Below are positions 36,831 through 50,555 of a stretch of 64,000 nucleotides of DNA, in pieces. The position numbers and the translations under genes are program-made. The notes below the pieces were generated by a model. That model made no database searches. It was given only the letters and a program-made list of their open reading frames with translations, and was not told the origin of the DNA. Origin of the DNA: Vicugna vicugna (taxonomy: Eukaryota); the NCBI GenBank assembly GCA_013265495.1, contig MU058781.1:2148158-2212157 (forward strand), written 5' to 3'. Every line of letters starts with the position of its first letter. Within the stretch, counting starts at the first letter, position 1.

Positions 36831-37204
36831 GCTTCATGGCCCAGAATATCAGGAAAGGCTTCTTAGGTGGAGATTGGGATTGAAACCTCAATTGGACCAG
36901 CATTTCCAGTACCCTTTGTTTCCTAAATTCTGCTTAGGTTGATACTTGATGAATTCATTCATTATTCATTTCACTTGTGAAGTCTTAGGGAGAGAGCTGG
37001 TTACTATTATTATTAATTAGTATTAGTAATAGGTGTGGTAACAATAATAAAAAATGATGCTAAGAGTTATCAATATACATCTGCTCAGGAGACTTTTTCC
37101 TCTAATCTTTAGCAATGCTGTCTGTTAGAGGAAAACAAATAAGTATGGTGCTGCCATTAATACAAGATGTTTGAACTTCTGAACTTTGTAATCTTCGAAA
37201 AAAT

Positions 37205-37254
37205 GAAAGAAAGGGAGGGAGGGAGGGTAGGAGGAAGGAAGGAAGAAAAGAAAG

Positions 37255-37328
<74 letters not shown>

Positions 37329-37539
37329 GAAGGAAGGAAGGAAGAAAGAAAGAAAGAAAAGAAAAGAAAAGAAGAAGGAAGAGAGGAAGGAAGAGGGAGG
37401 GAGAAAGGAAGGAAGGAAAGAAAAGAAAAAGGAAGGAAGGAAGAAGGGAGGGAGGAAGGAAGGAAGAAAAGAAAAAAGAAAAGAAAAAGGAAGGAAGGAA
37501 GGAGGGAGGAAGGAAGAAAGAAAAGAAAAGAAAGAAGGG
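37205..37539. repeat. Compound (AAAG)n/(GGAA)n polypurine microsatellite
   Basis: No pyrimidine from 37229 to 37539; (AAAG)18 at 37257-37328. Confidence 0.98.
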
Positions 37540-37894
37540 CATTAAGGGCAAATAGTTTTGATATGTTGTTTAAAAATTAATATCTTCTGTCCTTGGCTCA
37601 TTAGAGTAACAACAAAAAGCAATATGAAACCTGTTTTGTTTCCACCCAGTACTGTAATTTGTTTTGCTGTGAAAATTTCAAGAAGCCAAACTGAAATGCT
37701 GAAGAAAGTCTGTGCTCCAAAAATAGCATCACATCTTTCTGGAGACCCACGGGAACAGGCAGAGGAAGTCCCCTCTCTGTGTCCGAGGCAACCTGCCACT
37801 CTGCATTTGCAGTTCAAAGACGGTTAAGTTATGAGAAGATAGGTGGATCCCCATTCTTTCCTCCAGAGAAGGGCCATTTCTTGGTCTCTGAGTA

Positions 37895-38102
37895 CATGTA
37901 GGTTTGCCGTGAAATCCATGAAGCTTAAGCTCTAGGGCCCCTCACTGGCAAATGGACCCCTTTAAGCAAAGGACCCACCCAAAGTGTTCATAGGGCAGAT
38001 GTCTTTGACAATTTATGGAAGGAATTTTTTCAAATTCTTTTTATCAAAGAGGTCTCTCAAACTGTCTGAACTCCAGGGTCCAAAACACCTGGGTCTGCCC
38101 TG
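37895..38102 (+). mobile_element. hAT-Tip100 MITE (Arthur1-like)
   Basis: ccgtgaaatccatgaagcttaagctctagggcccctcact ... cctgggtctgccctg. Confidence 0.6.
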
Positions 38103-40741
38103 ACCTCTGGGTTGACATTGTTGACTAGCATTTCCTGAGATTCAGCTAACATTTGCTTTTTCCACCCCTCACACCTTTGGCCCTTGACACTTGGCATTCC
38201 TCTCCTTCATGGGCCTGAAGCTCGCTGGCCAGGCAGGACAGGCAGTCAGTCCTCTAGTTGAATTGGGGTGCTTTCCTGCTAGAGGGGCTTGAGGCACAGT
38301 CAGCTGCTCTATGAAGGGAGGGGATGAAGGAGAGCCAGGTGGAGCAAATCTCTTGCACTAAATTACTGGAAACCAAGCCAAATATGTCTTTTAATGTGAG
38401 TGAAGTCTCTCTGGGGAAACTTCTTTGAAATCCCTGGCGAGGGGTGGGTTGTCTGTTCATGTGTTCCCTGATCCTGTTGGTTTCATGAGACCGGGTACAT
38501 GATATTGACAGTATGTTATGCTTATGTTTCATGAGCTACTTGAGGGCATTAATCCTTCTTTGTGCCCAGAACCAGGGCTCAGCAGAGTGGCTGGTAAACA
38601 GCAGGTCCTGAAACTATTTGCTAAACACCTCTCCCTATTTCTACCTCCCTTCCTCCTACTCTCTCTCTGCCCACTCTTCTCCTCAAACAGATGGTATAAA
38701 AAAGGATGCTGACACACCCTGGTAACTCTCAGGTGAGGCTGTTATAATGGGAACCTCCTTATACACAGCCTTTCATAGAATGTGGGAAGCACCAGCCTTT
38801 TGAGCAGCTGTTCCAATTAATAGCTGCCAATGTGTGACTTTTAGAGAAAACAGGCAAGGATTCTTGACCTCACCTATCCCAGACTCACTGATTGTCTCCT
38901 CATCATAGCTGTCTTCCTTAGGTTATGAGAGTTTTCCAGTATGAGTCCTGCTTTTAAATGTAAATATTCTACTTTAGTTATCTTTTAATGCCTTAGTGGG
39001 ATATTTAAAAGAATGAAACACCGGACACCAAGAAGATTAGGAACAGAGAGGAGGGCAGGCAGCAGCAAAGATAAATGCTTGCTCCACAAATGTCCAGGAC
39101 CAGTCCTGAGTGGCTTCTCATCTTTGAAAGGTCCAGGTTCATATTCTGAAAGCCTCCAACCCTAGCAAAAAAAAGCCTTCAGTCAGGCCTGGGAGTGGGA
39201 AAAGTCAGTGGAGATCAGCACATGCACCCATGTGCACCATGCTTCGCTTTTCTGGTGGACTCAGCTGGAGATGACAACTCAGGAACCATCTGACAGCCAC
39301 AGAATCAAGGGTCTCTTGAGAAAGCCCAACTCAGGAACACAGGGAGATGGAGTGGGGCTGCTCCCAGTTGGCCAATAAGGGTTTCTGGCAAAGAATCAGT
39401 AATTCAGCAGGTATTTGTTGAGAATCTAATATGTGCCAGGTATATGCTATGTCCCAGTTAGTCGGACTGTAAATATCACTTTTGGTCTTACAACTTTCTA
39501 GATCACAGGATGCCTTGGAGTCAGTCTGAGGCAGGCCAGTCTCAGATAAGCCAGAAGTGGAAGGCTGGGCTGGAAAATAAGAGGCTGGATGTTATAAGGG
39601 GTTAGAAGTTTAAGTAGAGAAAGTTTATGTGTGGTGACTTATGTGTGGTGACTCCTATACAGTTCACACTCAAGTATCTTGCAAGTATCTTGTGGTTGTG
39701 ACTGGCTTCAGGTGTCAACTTAACCTGGTTTCTGAAGTTTATCTGATCAAAACTGTATGCTCTGTGCCTGCATAGGTCTTATATTTTGCTCAGGTAGCAT
39801 TATTGTCTTTCATCTATCACAACACAGAGAAAAAACAATTCCCAGGGAACTCTGAAAAATAACCTGTAACAATATGCATTACTCACATCAGTAGCGCCAT
39901 CCTGTTGTGGATTTGTTATTCTATTTGGGGTGCCGCCTACATACCATATTTTTATTTCTATATAATTGGAACAAACCCCATTCTGTATAATTTCCACGAA
40001 GATTAGATGAGCTAACTGACTTTAAGCACATGACTGGTCATATGGTAAGCCATTAGCAGAATGTAGTCAGTAACATAATTAACACTTATGTGATCTGATT
40101 AGTAATAAAAATTATAATATGCTCAAGGGAGGGCACAGTGAAGGAGGGGGCCACTCAGGGGTTTTCCTAATTGATGTAAGATTTTCTTGATGGAGCCAGA
40201 TAGCACCGGCTTGCTCATTCCAGAGATTTCCAGGGGTACAAAAATCAGCTGGCTACTGGATGACATGCTTGCAGGCCATTGTTTTATTTTAAGGTGCTTG
40301 CAATTTGAGGGGGGAAATGCATTTCTGTTTCATGTTCTGGGGGAACTGAAGTACAGCAGCAGATCTTGATTATCTGGACAAAGCTCACCCTCTTATCCAC
40401 TCCCAGCACTCCTGACTCACCCCAGGGAGGGATAGCTTTTGAAATGCCTTTTCTTTTAGAGAAAAAGCTGGAGAGGGCTATTGGCTTCTGCTGGCCCTGG
40501 CCAGGAGCCCCAAGCCTGGAGAGCCATGAACTCCAGAGACCCCAGCAGATAGGTACCAAGTAGGGCTTCCACAGGCCTTGGCTAAATTCATGGAATGTCA
40601 GGCAGGAGCCAAACAGGGTGCCTCCACAGACAGGTGTCTGCTTTGCCCAGAGGGCAGGGCCAGTGCCCAGTGACCTGGCTGTCATCAGCTGACATCGCCC
40701 CAAAGCCCTGAACCTGAGGAAGGGGGCCGGCATGAAAGGCA

Positions 40742-41180
40742 TGTAACCGAGCAGGACCCTGTGGGGCCTTCCAGGGACAGACCCGTCCCCCATATCCTCT
40801 GCTGTAGCTCTTCTCTTAAGTACCCAGATCAGAGTATCTCATATACATTTCCTGAGTTTTTCAGATGCTAAAAACCACCACCAAAGGGAAGAAATTAACT
40901 ACCTGATGATTGACAGCCCGCGGCCCACAGACCTTCTGGGCCTAGGGGTTGATAGTGTTGACTGCCCTGTTACTTCACCATCAACCAATCAGAGAACTAA
41001 CTGTGCATGAGTTGATCCCGGAACGTGCAACCCTCCTCCTTTACCTGGCCTTTAAATATGTTTTTGCTGAAACCCTTAGAGGAGTTCAGGGTTTTCTTGG
41101 GCATGAGCCACCCTGTCCTTCTTGCTCGGCCCTGCAATAAATCTTTCTCTGCTCTAATTCTGACGTTTCAGTTTGGCCTC
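40742..41180 (+). mobile_element. ERV1-class solo LTR, 3' end apparently truncated
   Basis: Starts TGTAAC; CCAAT 40985-40989, TTTAAATA 41051-41058 and AATAAA 41136-41141 in U3-R-U5 order. Confidence 0.8.
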
Positions 41181-41789
41181 ATGATGGAAACAGACAGGGC
41201 GGGCAAGGCCTCTGGTCACCATGAGAGCCTGTCTGGATCTGCAGGCCTCAGCCTGAGCGTGAAATGTTTGGTTCTTAACTGCCCCGCCTTCGGCTATTAT
41301 GAGGATTCTGGCATCCCTCAGCCTTTGTATCAAGTATGTGGTTTTGAAAACGGACAAAATTTTTAGTTAAAGCCTAACCCTGCACCATCTTTAGAAATGA
41401 AGGTGGAAAGAGAATTTTCCTTTGAATTTCAGTAGTGGTAGCCCATCCACAGTGAGGAGTCCTGGCTGGTCCAGGCCACTGGTGAGCATGGCATGCTGGG
41501 ATTATCAATTTGACTATAATTTGTCATAATGTTGCCTCATTTCTTCCTTCCTTCATTTTTTTCTCTTTCAAGCTGTACCTATTAATTGCCAACTGTCTGT
41601 TAGACCCTGTGCTAGACACCAGCAGAGGCAGTGCGGGTGCCCTCAGAGAGCTCACTGTCTGGGCTATTTTCTACATTACACTTGGCATCTTATATGTCCT
41701 TATCACCCAGTGACACTCCCAACACCTCACCTCCCCACTTCCTTTTAATATGAATTCTAAAGCAGACTACCAAAAAAGTGACCACTTTT

Positions 41790-41996
41790 TCCATGTGGCT
41801 GATAAACTGGTCATAAGCAAGGTTCCAAAAGAACGGCTCTAAAAACAATCTGAGCATGAGAATATGATTAGAATGTGTGCATAGTCTTCTGCGGTGACTA
41901 CTCTGAAGGACACCACTTATTTGGAGACAGAAGTTCTGGTGTGTTGGAGAACAGACAAAAGCTGAGCCTCATTACCTAAATAGTCACAACTCATAC
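41790..41996 (+). mobile_element. Mariner (MARNA-like) 3' fragment
   Basis: ggtgactactctgaagga...aagttctggt...ctcattac...tagtcacaactcata resembles the MARNA end. Confidence 0.65.
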
Positions 41997-44900
41997 AGAT
42001 CAAACCCCATTATCTTTCTGCCCTGAGGTACTCTTTGGTTGAGCTGGAAACTTCTCTTGGGAGAGAATATTTCACACTGATCATTTACTGGTGCTGAGCA
42101 ATCTTATGTAGTCATATTTTAATATCAGGATTGGTTTTGCACAATTTATTTGCACCAATGTCTTCAATTTTTTCCTTGGTAAGCGATAGATTGAGAACAA
42201 AAATAACTTATTAGTCCTCTTCTGATCCTTAGCATTAAGTGCAAACAACATGAAAAGCAATGTTTGTTGAATGAATAAAGCATAATGAAGCAGAGACTGT
42301 GCCTATTTAACTCATTTTTCACAAAAGTTTTAAAATAACATTCATTTTTATTATTAGATATTTAAATCAAACTAGTAATTCAAAAGAACCTGAGAAAAAT
42401 TTAGGACAAGAGATAAACCAAGAGAAGAAATATTGCCCCTAAACATAAAGCAATTCTTTCCTGCTTTCTCTACTTTTCTCTGTGATGTGTGTATACATGT
42501 GCAATTTTGTGCCCCTGCCTGTGTGTCTCTATGTCTATTTTTCTTGGGTCTCACGTTGACTTTAAGAGGAATTGGCTGAGCTAGGTGAGAGAGGTTTACC
42601 AGACACCTGCTTGCATGAGGAACAAAATAGGTAAACACTCATTGAAAGGAGGACAGGACAGGCTGAGATGTGCATTCAACTCGCTAGAAGAGTTAGTTGT
42701 GCTGAGGCAGGTGCTGCTGGGCCTGGGGTCACCCTGTGCTCAGTTTGCCTCTTACTCTATCCTCACTGTTTTCACACTGCTCAGACCTCACTGAAGCAGG
42801 GAAGAACTGGCACCGAGACTTAACGATGAACTAGATTAAGGACACCCTAAGGAACTCCACAACTTCTTCGAGGTGCCTTCAGAGGGCTGAAAGTTCCACA
42901 TTAGCAAAGGAAGCACAAGGTCAGAAATTTCAGTAACTGGTTAAAGTGATTCTGTTTCTTCCCAGAGGCTCAGTGGTTTAGGGAAATGTGGGCGTTTTAT
43001 ACATGTGTGCGTACAAGTGTGTGTGAATGTGTGTGTGTGTTTGCTTTTAACAAAATGAGCCCATACCATATTACTTTGTAATAAATTGTTTGTATTGTAT
43101 AATTACTTTGTAATAAACACATGTACTGTGAACTTTCTGTGTCATTCTTTATTCTATGTCATGCCGTCCGGTGTGCTTTCTGAGGAAAGGCTGGCCACTT
43201 CTGCTGAAGAAGAGTTTAAGAGAAATTTAAGAACATTCCTTTCTGGGTTTGGGCCGCACTGGGCTGTTACCCCCACATTAGGCTTCATCTTGGTGCTGAA
43301 CTCCCTGGCTCCCCAATGTCCCCTGCAAGACTGTTTACTTCCAGAGGACAAATTACTTCATTCCTCCCTTTCCCATATCTTTAGTTTTATGGAGTCATGC
43401 TTTCTAAATTCTTTCTAGATTTACAGACCTCAACTAACCTTTCTATTCTCCAGGGAAATCTTAAGAGTATCTTATTGCCTCCTGTCTCTTTACTATCCAG
43501 TTATGAAGTTACTATGCCAACCAAACCTGTGTGACAAAGCCCTTCTTTTTCCTCCCCTGGACCCTCTCTGTCCACTGCCCAGCCTCCCTCCATCTTTTCC
43601 TCTGGCTACTGTGGGCACTGCCGTGCCAGTCCCTGTAGCCTGAGGGAATGCATTCTGTTGCTTTCCCTCAGCAGGCCTTGGCTGGGAGCATGTCCCAGGC
43701 TGGGAGGCTGGGGGGATCAGGGCCCCTGGCAGCACACAGGGAATGCTGTTTATTTGTCCAACTAATCTAAGATTCACAAATGAGTGTATGAGAGATTATG
43801 TTCAAAAACACACGTGTGAAACGTGGTCAGCTTAGGAATGTGGGAGAGAGGAGACCATAGGGGAAGTGGGGAGCTGTCTGCTATGCTGGTGAACCCTCTG
43901 CTCTACATGAGGAGATTCCTCGTCTCCTGTTGCCTGGGATCTGGGGTCATGGAGACCCTGAGCATTCTGGCAGAGAGAGCTACGGAATGGCCAGCAGGGA
44001 GATACGGCTGCGTATATGAAAGAGGCCTGGCCAAATAAATGCCTTACATGTTGAGACATAAACTGGAGTTTCCAGAAAAATCTGGACCCTGCTGCTGCCA
44101 CATTTCACTAGGAAAAGTACAAGAAGTTCAGGTCACCATCTAAGCCAACAAAGGACAGTCTCAGTTTCAACCCTGCCCCCTAGCTTTGATAGTCTGATGT
44201 CCCTAAGACCTCACCCTGGCAACCTTGCAAGCTGCTTCACCTTGCAGGGTCTCAGCTTTCCCATCTGTGAAATGGGGCTTGAAAAACATGTTCTCTGATT
44301 TCTTTTCCCACTGTAAAGTTATGTTTTCCTCTCTACTCCCCTTCCTCAACCCTTCCTCTTCCTGTAAGATTCATGCTTCATGCAGCTGTCCTAGATGCCC
44401 TCAACTGACTTTCTGAAATTCTTCCCTGGGACCTCAGTCAAAGGGAGAGCTGCCAAAAGCTTGGAGGTCTGCCACCCCCACAAAGAATGAGAATGTGTGT
44501 TGTTTGGAAAGAAAGAGAAGAAGAGGAGGGTCATTAAAGCTAATTATAGAAATAACAAGTTAGCAAGACATCCTAAGAGGAGAAAAATCCAGGCCTGATT
44601 GCTTGATAGGGAGGAAGTCATTCTGGTTTGGAAGTCCAGCTCTCCCTAGAGAGGTTTGGAGGTAACTAGTGAGGGTTACAGAGCAGGCAAGAGTCGGTCA
44701 TTTTAAGCCACAGTGGTATCACCAACTGTCTGAAAAACTGGAGACCAGGGCAGAATAATGTTTACAAAGCAAGCTGGGCAAACCTCACGATGGCAGCCTC
44801 ATTCCTCTTCAACTGTGCTATTTCTAGAAATCCTTTTTCCTCAAATGTAAGGGAAGAGAGCTGGTTTTTATTTATTATCAATGAATTAAAAATACATTCA

Positions 44901-47900
44901 ACATGATTTGCTAGAATATACTGAGCGCTGGCAATCAGTTCACTGAGGTCTTACCGCTGCATAGGATCCAAAGGATATTTTAGGAATGGGAGGATTTTAG
45001 CAATTACCTTGTCTTACTTATGGAAACTTATCTTAAAATCAAAGAAGATACGGACAGTCACGGGAAAACAGCTCTGCTGGGCACCGACGCACATTTCGCT
45101 ACAGCAGATCCTGGGGCTTTTCTGGGAAAATCCGAGGCCCCAGAAAAGCCCAGTTTGAAAACCATTTGTGTGGTCCTACCTTCTTATTTACTCAAAAGGC
45201 ATTTATTGAGCACCAACAATATGCCATGTTTGAGGCTTAAAAGAAAAAGTAAATATGGGAAGTCACTCATCCTTCTTCACTCTCCTTTAACAGGGTTTCC
45301 CTATTTGCAGTTGCTGCGGGTGTTGGTGGCTCTGCAGGGCACCTGGTCTGCACCATCCACTTTCCTTTGCTGAATCTGCTTTCAGGAGTACCATGAACCT
45401 CAACCCTCCCTCGTGCTCATTCCCACAGAAGGCTCCCTCGTCCTGCTGCCATCCCACTTCTAATTGTGGGACAACCTGTCTGGTATTTTCTCATCTGTCC
45501 CTAACTGGGTCTCCTTGTTGGAAACTGTGAAGTGACAGTGTTCAAGGTGAGGGAGAGCCTGGTGCAGAACGAAAGAGCAGTGAAGAAGTATGTGCACCTC
45601 TCATCTTCAGTACTAAGCTGATAACCCAGGAAACAGATTCTTTATTTCTAAAATTGATTTCAGTGGTGAGTCAAACCTTCAGCTTCAGTCTCATAATGAA
45701 CCAGATTGAAGGTTGTTTGAGAAGGATGCTTGCACTCCCCACACTCTGGACCTGGTTCTGGTCCTGCAGGGGACCTGGGTAAAATGAAGAGCTTGGTGCT
45801 TCAGCCCCTCTGCCATGGGTTTGGCAGCGATTCCCAGAAGAGTCATGGAGCATGCTGTGCTCACGGGGCCTGGAAGGAGACAGATGCCCCCAGGAGCAAG
45901 GAATCTAGGAGAGCAAGGACACAGGACAGTCTGGGTCATCCCCAGCCTGTACCTGTGAATCCTCTCTATTCCTACTTCCCAAGTCAGAGCTTCCTTCATC
46001 AGCTCTTAAGAGTATTGCCACAGCCTCCGAACTAACTTCCCTGTTTCACCTCCTGTCCTTTCTTCTCACTACTGCCAAAGCCATCCAAGAGCAGCGAAGA
46101 CTCAACAAATCCCTAAATGAACAGTGATGCTTGTCAGGGGTAGGAGAGAGGGAAAGAGGATCCCTCTATGCCACCATACTGCTTATGCTATAAAGCTAAA
46201 ATGACTTATCGTGGTAGTGTCTTTCAAAATCTGAATCATTTCCTAGACTCCAACCGCATGGGCTCTCCTGTTGTCTGCGGAACACCCCACACTGTCTGTC
46301 CTCTGTTGTTACCCATGCTCTTCCCTTTGCTCATTATGCCCTTCCTGCTTCCTTACTGAGCCCCTGCTCATTCTTCTAGAGTCAGCACAAATGTTTCTCT
46401 AAGCAGAGTTAGTCATTCCTTTATCTGTGTTTCCACATGTGGTGGACATACTCCTTCATACCAAACATTTTTATTCTAATTATCTCTTTCCACGACATCG
46501 CACTCACCAGACAAGTGTACCATAAATCAAAGCCAGTGTTCTATGCTGCACAGTGCCTAGAGGATGGTACACTTTCACCAAGAACTATATTTGTTGAATA
46601 AATGAGTAGTCATCTCTGACAGGAAGCCATCAGATATACAGTCAGGGGTTTCTATGTTTAAAAAAAAAAAAAACTATAGCATCATGTTTTACCTTTACAG
46701 AACTTAACATCTGCAGCAGAATTTAGAGATTTCCGGTTTATTGTGGACAAAGCACCAAAGGAACCCATGAAACATAAGCATGGTTGCACCAACCCATCAG
46801 GTCCAGATTTACATGTGTATGTGTGTATTTATGTGCTAATGTATACATGCATTTGTGTGCGCGTGCACGCACATATGCCTCTGCTGCCTGGGAGTGCTTT
46901 TCTTTTGAGACGTTCTTGTAACTTGGTTCTTGCAGGGCCCCTTCCCTATTTTGGTAGAGGAAGGTTCCATTTTCCTCCTTGCTTGGCCTTATTTTTTCCC
47001 ATATAGAATATTTCCCTAGACCTTTATAAACTGACTCATTGGCAATGAATATTTTTCCTGACCTCTCTGAACTCATAGATGGTAGAGAGGATTCTAAATC
47101 CTAACAGCAAATATTTTTAAAGAAATATGAAATCTTGAACATGATATAGCCTCTTCCAACCCATTCTCCTTACATACAACCATGTGCTTAGTGGGAAGAA
47201 ATGAAAAGCTCTATTTTTGTTCCCAGAAAACAATAAATAAAATGAAGATGCAGCTAGTTGTGTATGTGTATTTTTTTTCCCCAGACTGTCTTTCATTAGA
47301 AAGGAGGTACGTGAAAGAGTGGAGGTTGAGGACTGAACTGTGAGCCAAAAATATTCCTGTGTGACTGCAACTCTGTAAGAGGACAGGGCTCAGACTGGTA
47401 ATTTTTTTGATTGGTGCATGAAGCTGACATCTTAGATCTCCATTTAGTACTTGTTCATAGAAACAAAGCCTGAGGCTTGGAATAAGAGCCCAAAGGAACA
47501 GTAAAGTGACAGACACAGTATCTAGGGAATTAGGGGAGAGAAAAGGCTAAATAACCTCCAGGAGGCCAGATTTCTGCAGCTAAGTGCTTTCTGACTCCTC
47601 AGCCTTTATCAGACTCATGATGTACTTAGAATGATCAGGGACAATTTCACTGAGTTGCCCTTTCCTATGCAGAGGAATTTCAGAAATCAGGGGCAGTAGG
47701 AGCAAATGGACAGTTGTAGCTCTGTTAATCAATCTACAGCCTGGCTCAGGAGAAATCATCAGATGATTGGCAACTCTGTTTCCTCCACTCCCCATTCACC
47801 CACACCCTCAACTCCAGAGCTCCAGTGTAGCCCTAACTCAGTGAACAAATGATTGAGTGGATGTATGTCGAAGGAAGCTGCAACAGATCAGGGATTTTCT

Positions 47901-48364
47901 CTACTTCTTCCAATTCCAGAAAGGGAAACTTGCCCTGCCAGTGAAACAAACAAGGAATGAGAAAGCTGAGCCAGGGGTCCTTCTCACATTTGCCCCATTT
48001 ATGAAAACATGTGTTCATACTCATTGCATTTGACATTGAGATGGACCCAACAGAGATGGCTGCTGCTGGATCTGGCCTGGTAAGATGAATTGGCTTCAAC
48101 AGTTTTTGAACTACTGAGTCTAAAGGCAGGAGAATGAACCCTGCTGTCCGAGAGGCCCATCAAATCTTTATCCCTCAGGGCCAATTCCAATTACTCAGTG
48201 AAACAGCACAGCAGGAGCAAATGGAAATGCATTTTGCTAGCAAAGGGAGACTGATGACATCTTAAACTCTATTTGTAGATTTGTAATATTCTCCTGAAAA
48301 TCTCTATGCCCAGAGTAAAATTATGGTTTCCTTTGCTATGATCTGCTTTGATAGAATCATAGAC

Positions 48365-48475
48365 GGTCAATGGCTGGAAGAAACCTTGGAAATCAAACAA
48401 ATCCCCCATTTACAAATGAGGAAACCAAGGCCTGGAGAGGTTAAGCCCGAGGTCACCAAGTTAATTAGTGGGCCT
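48365..48475 (-). mobile_element. MIR fragment
   Basis: cccatttacaaatgaggaaaccaaggcctggagaggttaag. Confidence 0.75.
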
Positions 48476-50421
48476 TGAGAGAAAATGAAGCATTGCCTTT
48501 TCTTTTTAAGAGGGTCCTGGTGGCTCCACTTTGTGAGTGCACATTGTAAATGTTTTTGTATGGTGATAACAAAACTTTTTAGTAGAAAAGGGATTCTTTG
48601 AAATATGAAGCCAATTCTCTCCCTGCCAAGATACTTAACAACAGCAATGAGCGAGGACATCTGTCCGTCATTGGCAATTTGGGAGGCAAATATTTTTACA
48701 GAACCTAAGTGTTCAAACATGAGGAGCAAATATGGTCTCAACTCCAGCTGAGCCATTCAAACTTGGACAGAGAAGCAACACAAAATGGAAATAGAAGGTA
48801 GATAGGAAATACAGGGTCTAGGATTCTTGTATGGATTACATGAAAAATGAAATTAATGCCGACTCAGGTTTTCTTTAATGAAATGATTGCATTAGAAGAC
48901 TGCACCATCATCGTTGACTTCTAGGAAAGGGTATGAATGTGTAACATTCTCCTCTGGAATGTAAGTTTCTGGTTTAAAATTGGCAGAGCTGGCTATATGC
49001 TTAGTGGACCTGAGCCTGGGAGAGCCTCGCTTCTCCCCTGCAGAGCTGGGGTTGTGAGTTGGACTTGGAGGCTCTTGGATAGATTCAAGCCAGGACTTGA
49101 TTAGGTAAGCAGGATCCCAGACAAGGAGAAGTCATGGATGGGGAAAACATGGTATGGGAGGAAGAACAGCAAGGGCCAGGCTGCTGTTCTGAAGTAAGAC
49201 AAAATAACTGGGTGAGGCAAGAGCTGTCACGGAGGGGTCTGGGCCTAGATTTGCTCCTGATGTGTGTTTGGGAGGGGTGAGGGAAAAAGGGCCAGGTGGG
49301 AGCAGGTAAATGAGGTTCTTGGCTTTGAGTCTTTCAAGTGATTTTTAGGTAAGAGGTGGGGTAATGGGGAGGGTCTTCCAACCCAGAGTAACCCCTTGGT
49401 GATCCTCCAACACATTTCCAGAACCTGTGCTGTGAACTCAGGGTGGGCAGGAGGGCTAGCTTACTCCAGGACCAGTAGAAATGGAGGTCCTTGGGATAAC
49501 CACTGTCATCTGACTTGGGTTCTGATACCACAATTACTGACTGAGACCTGATTCTCACCTTCTTTTTAGGGAAAAGTTGTACTCTTATAGAAAGATGGGT
49601 AGAATTCTTCACTTATCCCTTTTGAAATACTCCTGCCTACATACAGGATAATATCCCCATCTCCCTAGAATTATCAAGCAAGTAGCAAATGTAGTCTTCC
49701 AGCTTATAAGGAAATATGATAGCCTACCTGATTGGCTTGAGGATCTTCCTTAAAAACCAGCTTCCCCAGATAAGTGCTGTAATTATCAGAATTTCAATAT
49801 TGGAGATTCATTCTTTAGCATTGATTGTAAACCTAACAGTGCAGCTTGCCCTTAAAATATGAAATACTGCTGGGGTAAACACTGCACATGACTTCCGTGT
49901 GAATTAACTCAGCAGTTCGGGGCCCTATGTGAGCTCTGAGTGAGGACGGTCAGGGACGGAAAACTGAGAGGTTAAAAGAATGGGGCAATGTTTTAAGAAG
50001 GGAGAAGAAACTCAAGGTAAGGTTCACTTATTATTGCAGAAAGAAGTCGTGGAAAACAATGTTGCTTGTCTGGTTCTGATAAAACAGAGAAGAGCGTGAG
50101 CAGACTTGGTGCCAGGGAACATCTTGCGTGTCCAAGGGAAGGCACAGAGGACAGAAGTCTGTCTTCACTGTGGGTTGCAATTTCATTAACAGAATCACTG
50201 TGTATTTACACAGTGACCTGCAATTCAAATGTGCTTCCATAATTACGATTTCTCTTCCTCCTTGGAGTATTGTGATGGAGTAGGATGGGATATTATGACA
50301 GCAGATTATAGGGAAGATGAAACTTGGAGGCTCAGGGAGGTTAACTGGTTTTCCTGATGTCATAATGTCAGAGGTGGCCTATTGAAAACCTCAGTGGATT
50401 TCTGGGAGATTAGAAGATGAA

Positions 50422-50555
50422 GCTAGTAGTGGCGGTGATGGTGGTGGCAGTGGTGGTGATAGCGACGATGGTGGTGGTGGTAACGGTGATGATGTTGGTG
50501 ATGGTGGTGGTGCTAGTAGTGGTGGCGGTGGTCTGTTAGTGGTGGTAGTGCTGGA
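50422..50555. repeat. Degenerate (GGT/GAT)n trinucleotide repeat
   Basis: Directly visible. Confidence 0.9.

Noticed and set aside
37102..37580. 149-aa and 137-aa ORFs (F/L/S-rich and K/E/R-rich)
   Set aside because: Translations of the purine microsatellite.
50196..50247. V(D)J recombination signal sequences
   Set aside because: CACAGTG heptamers are present, but there is no ACAAAAACC-like nonamer at 12 or 23 bp and no V/J segments.
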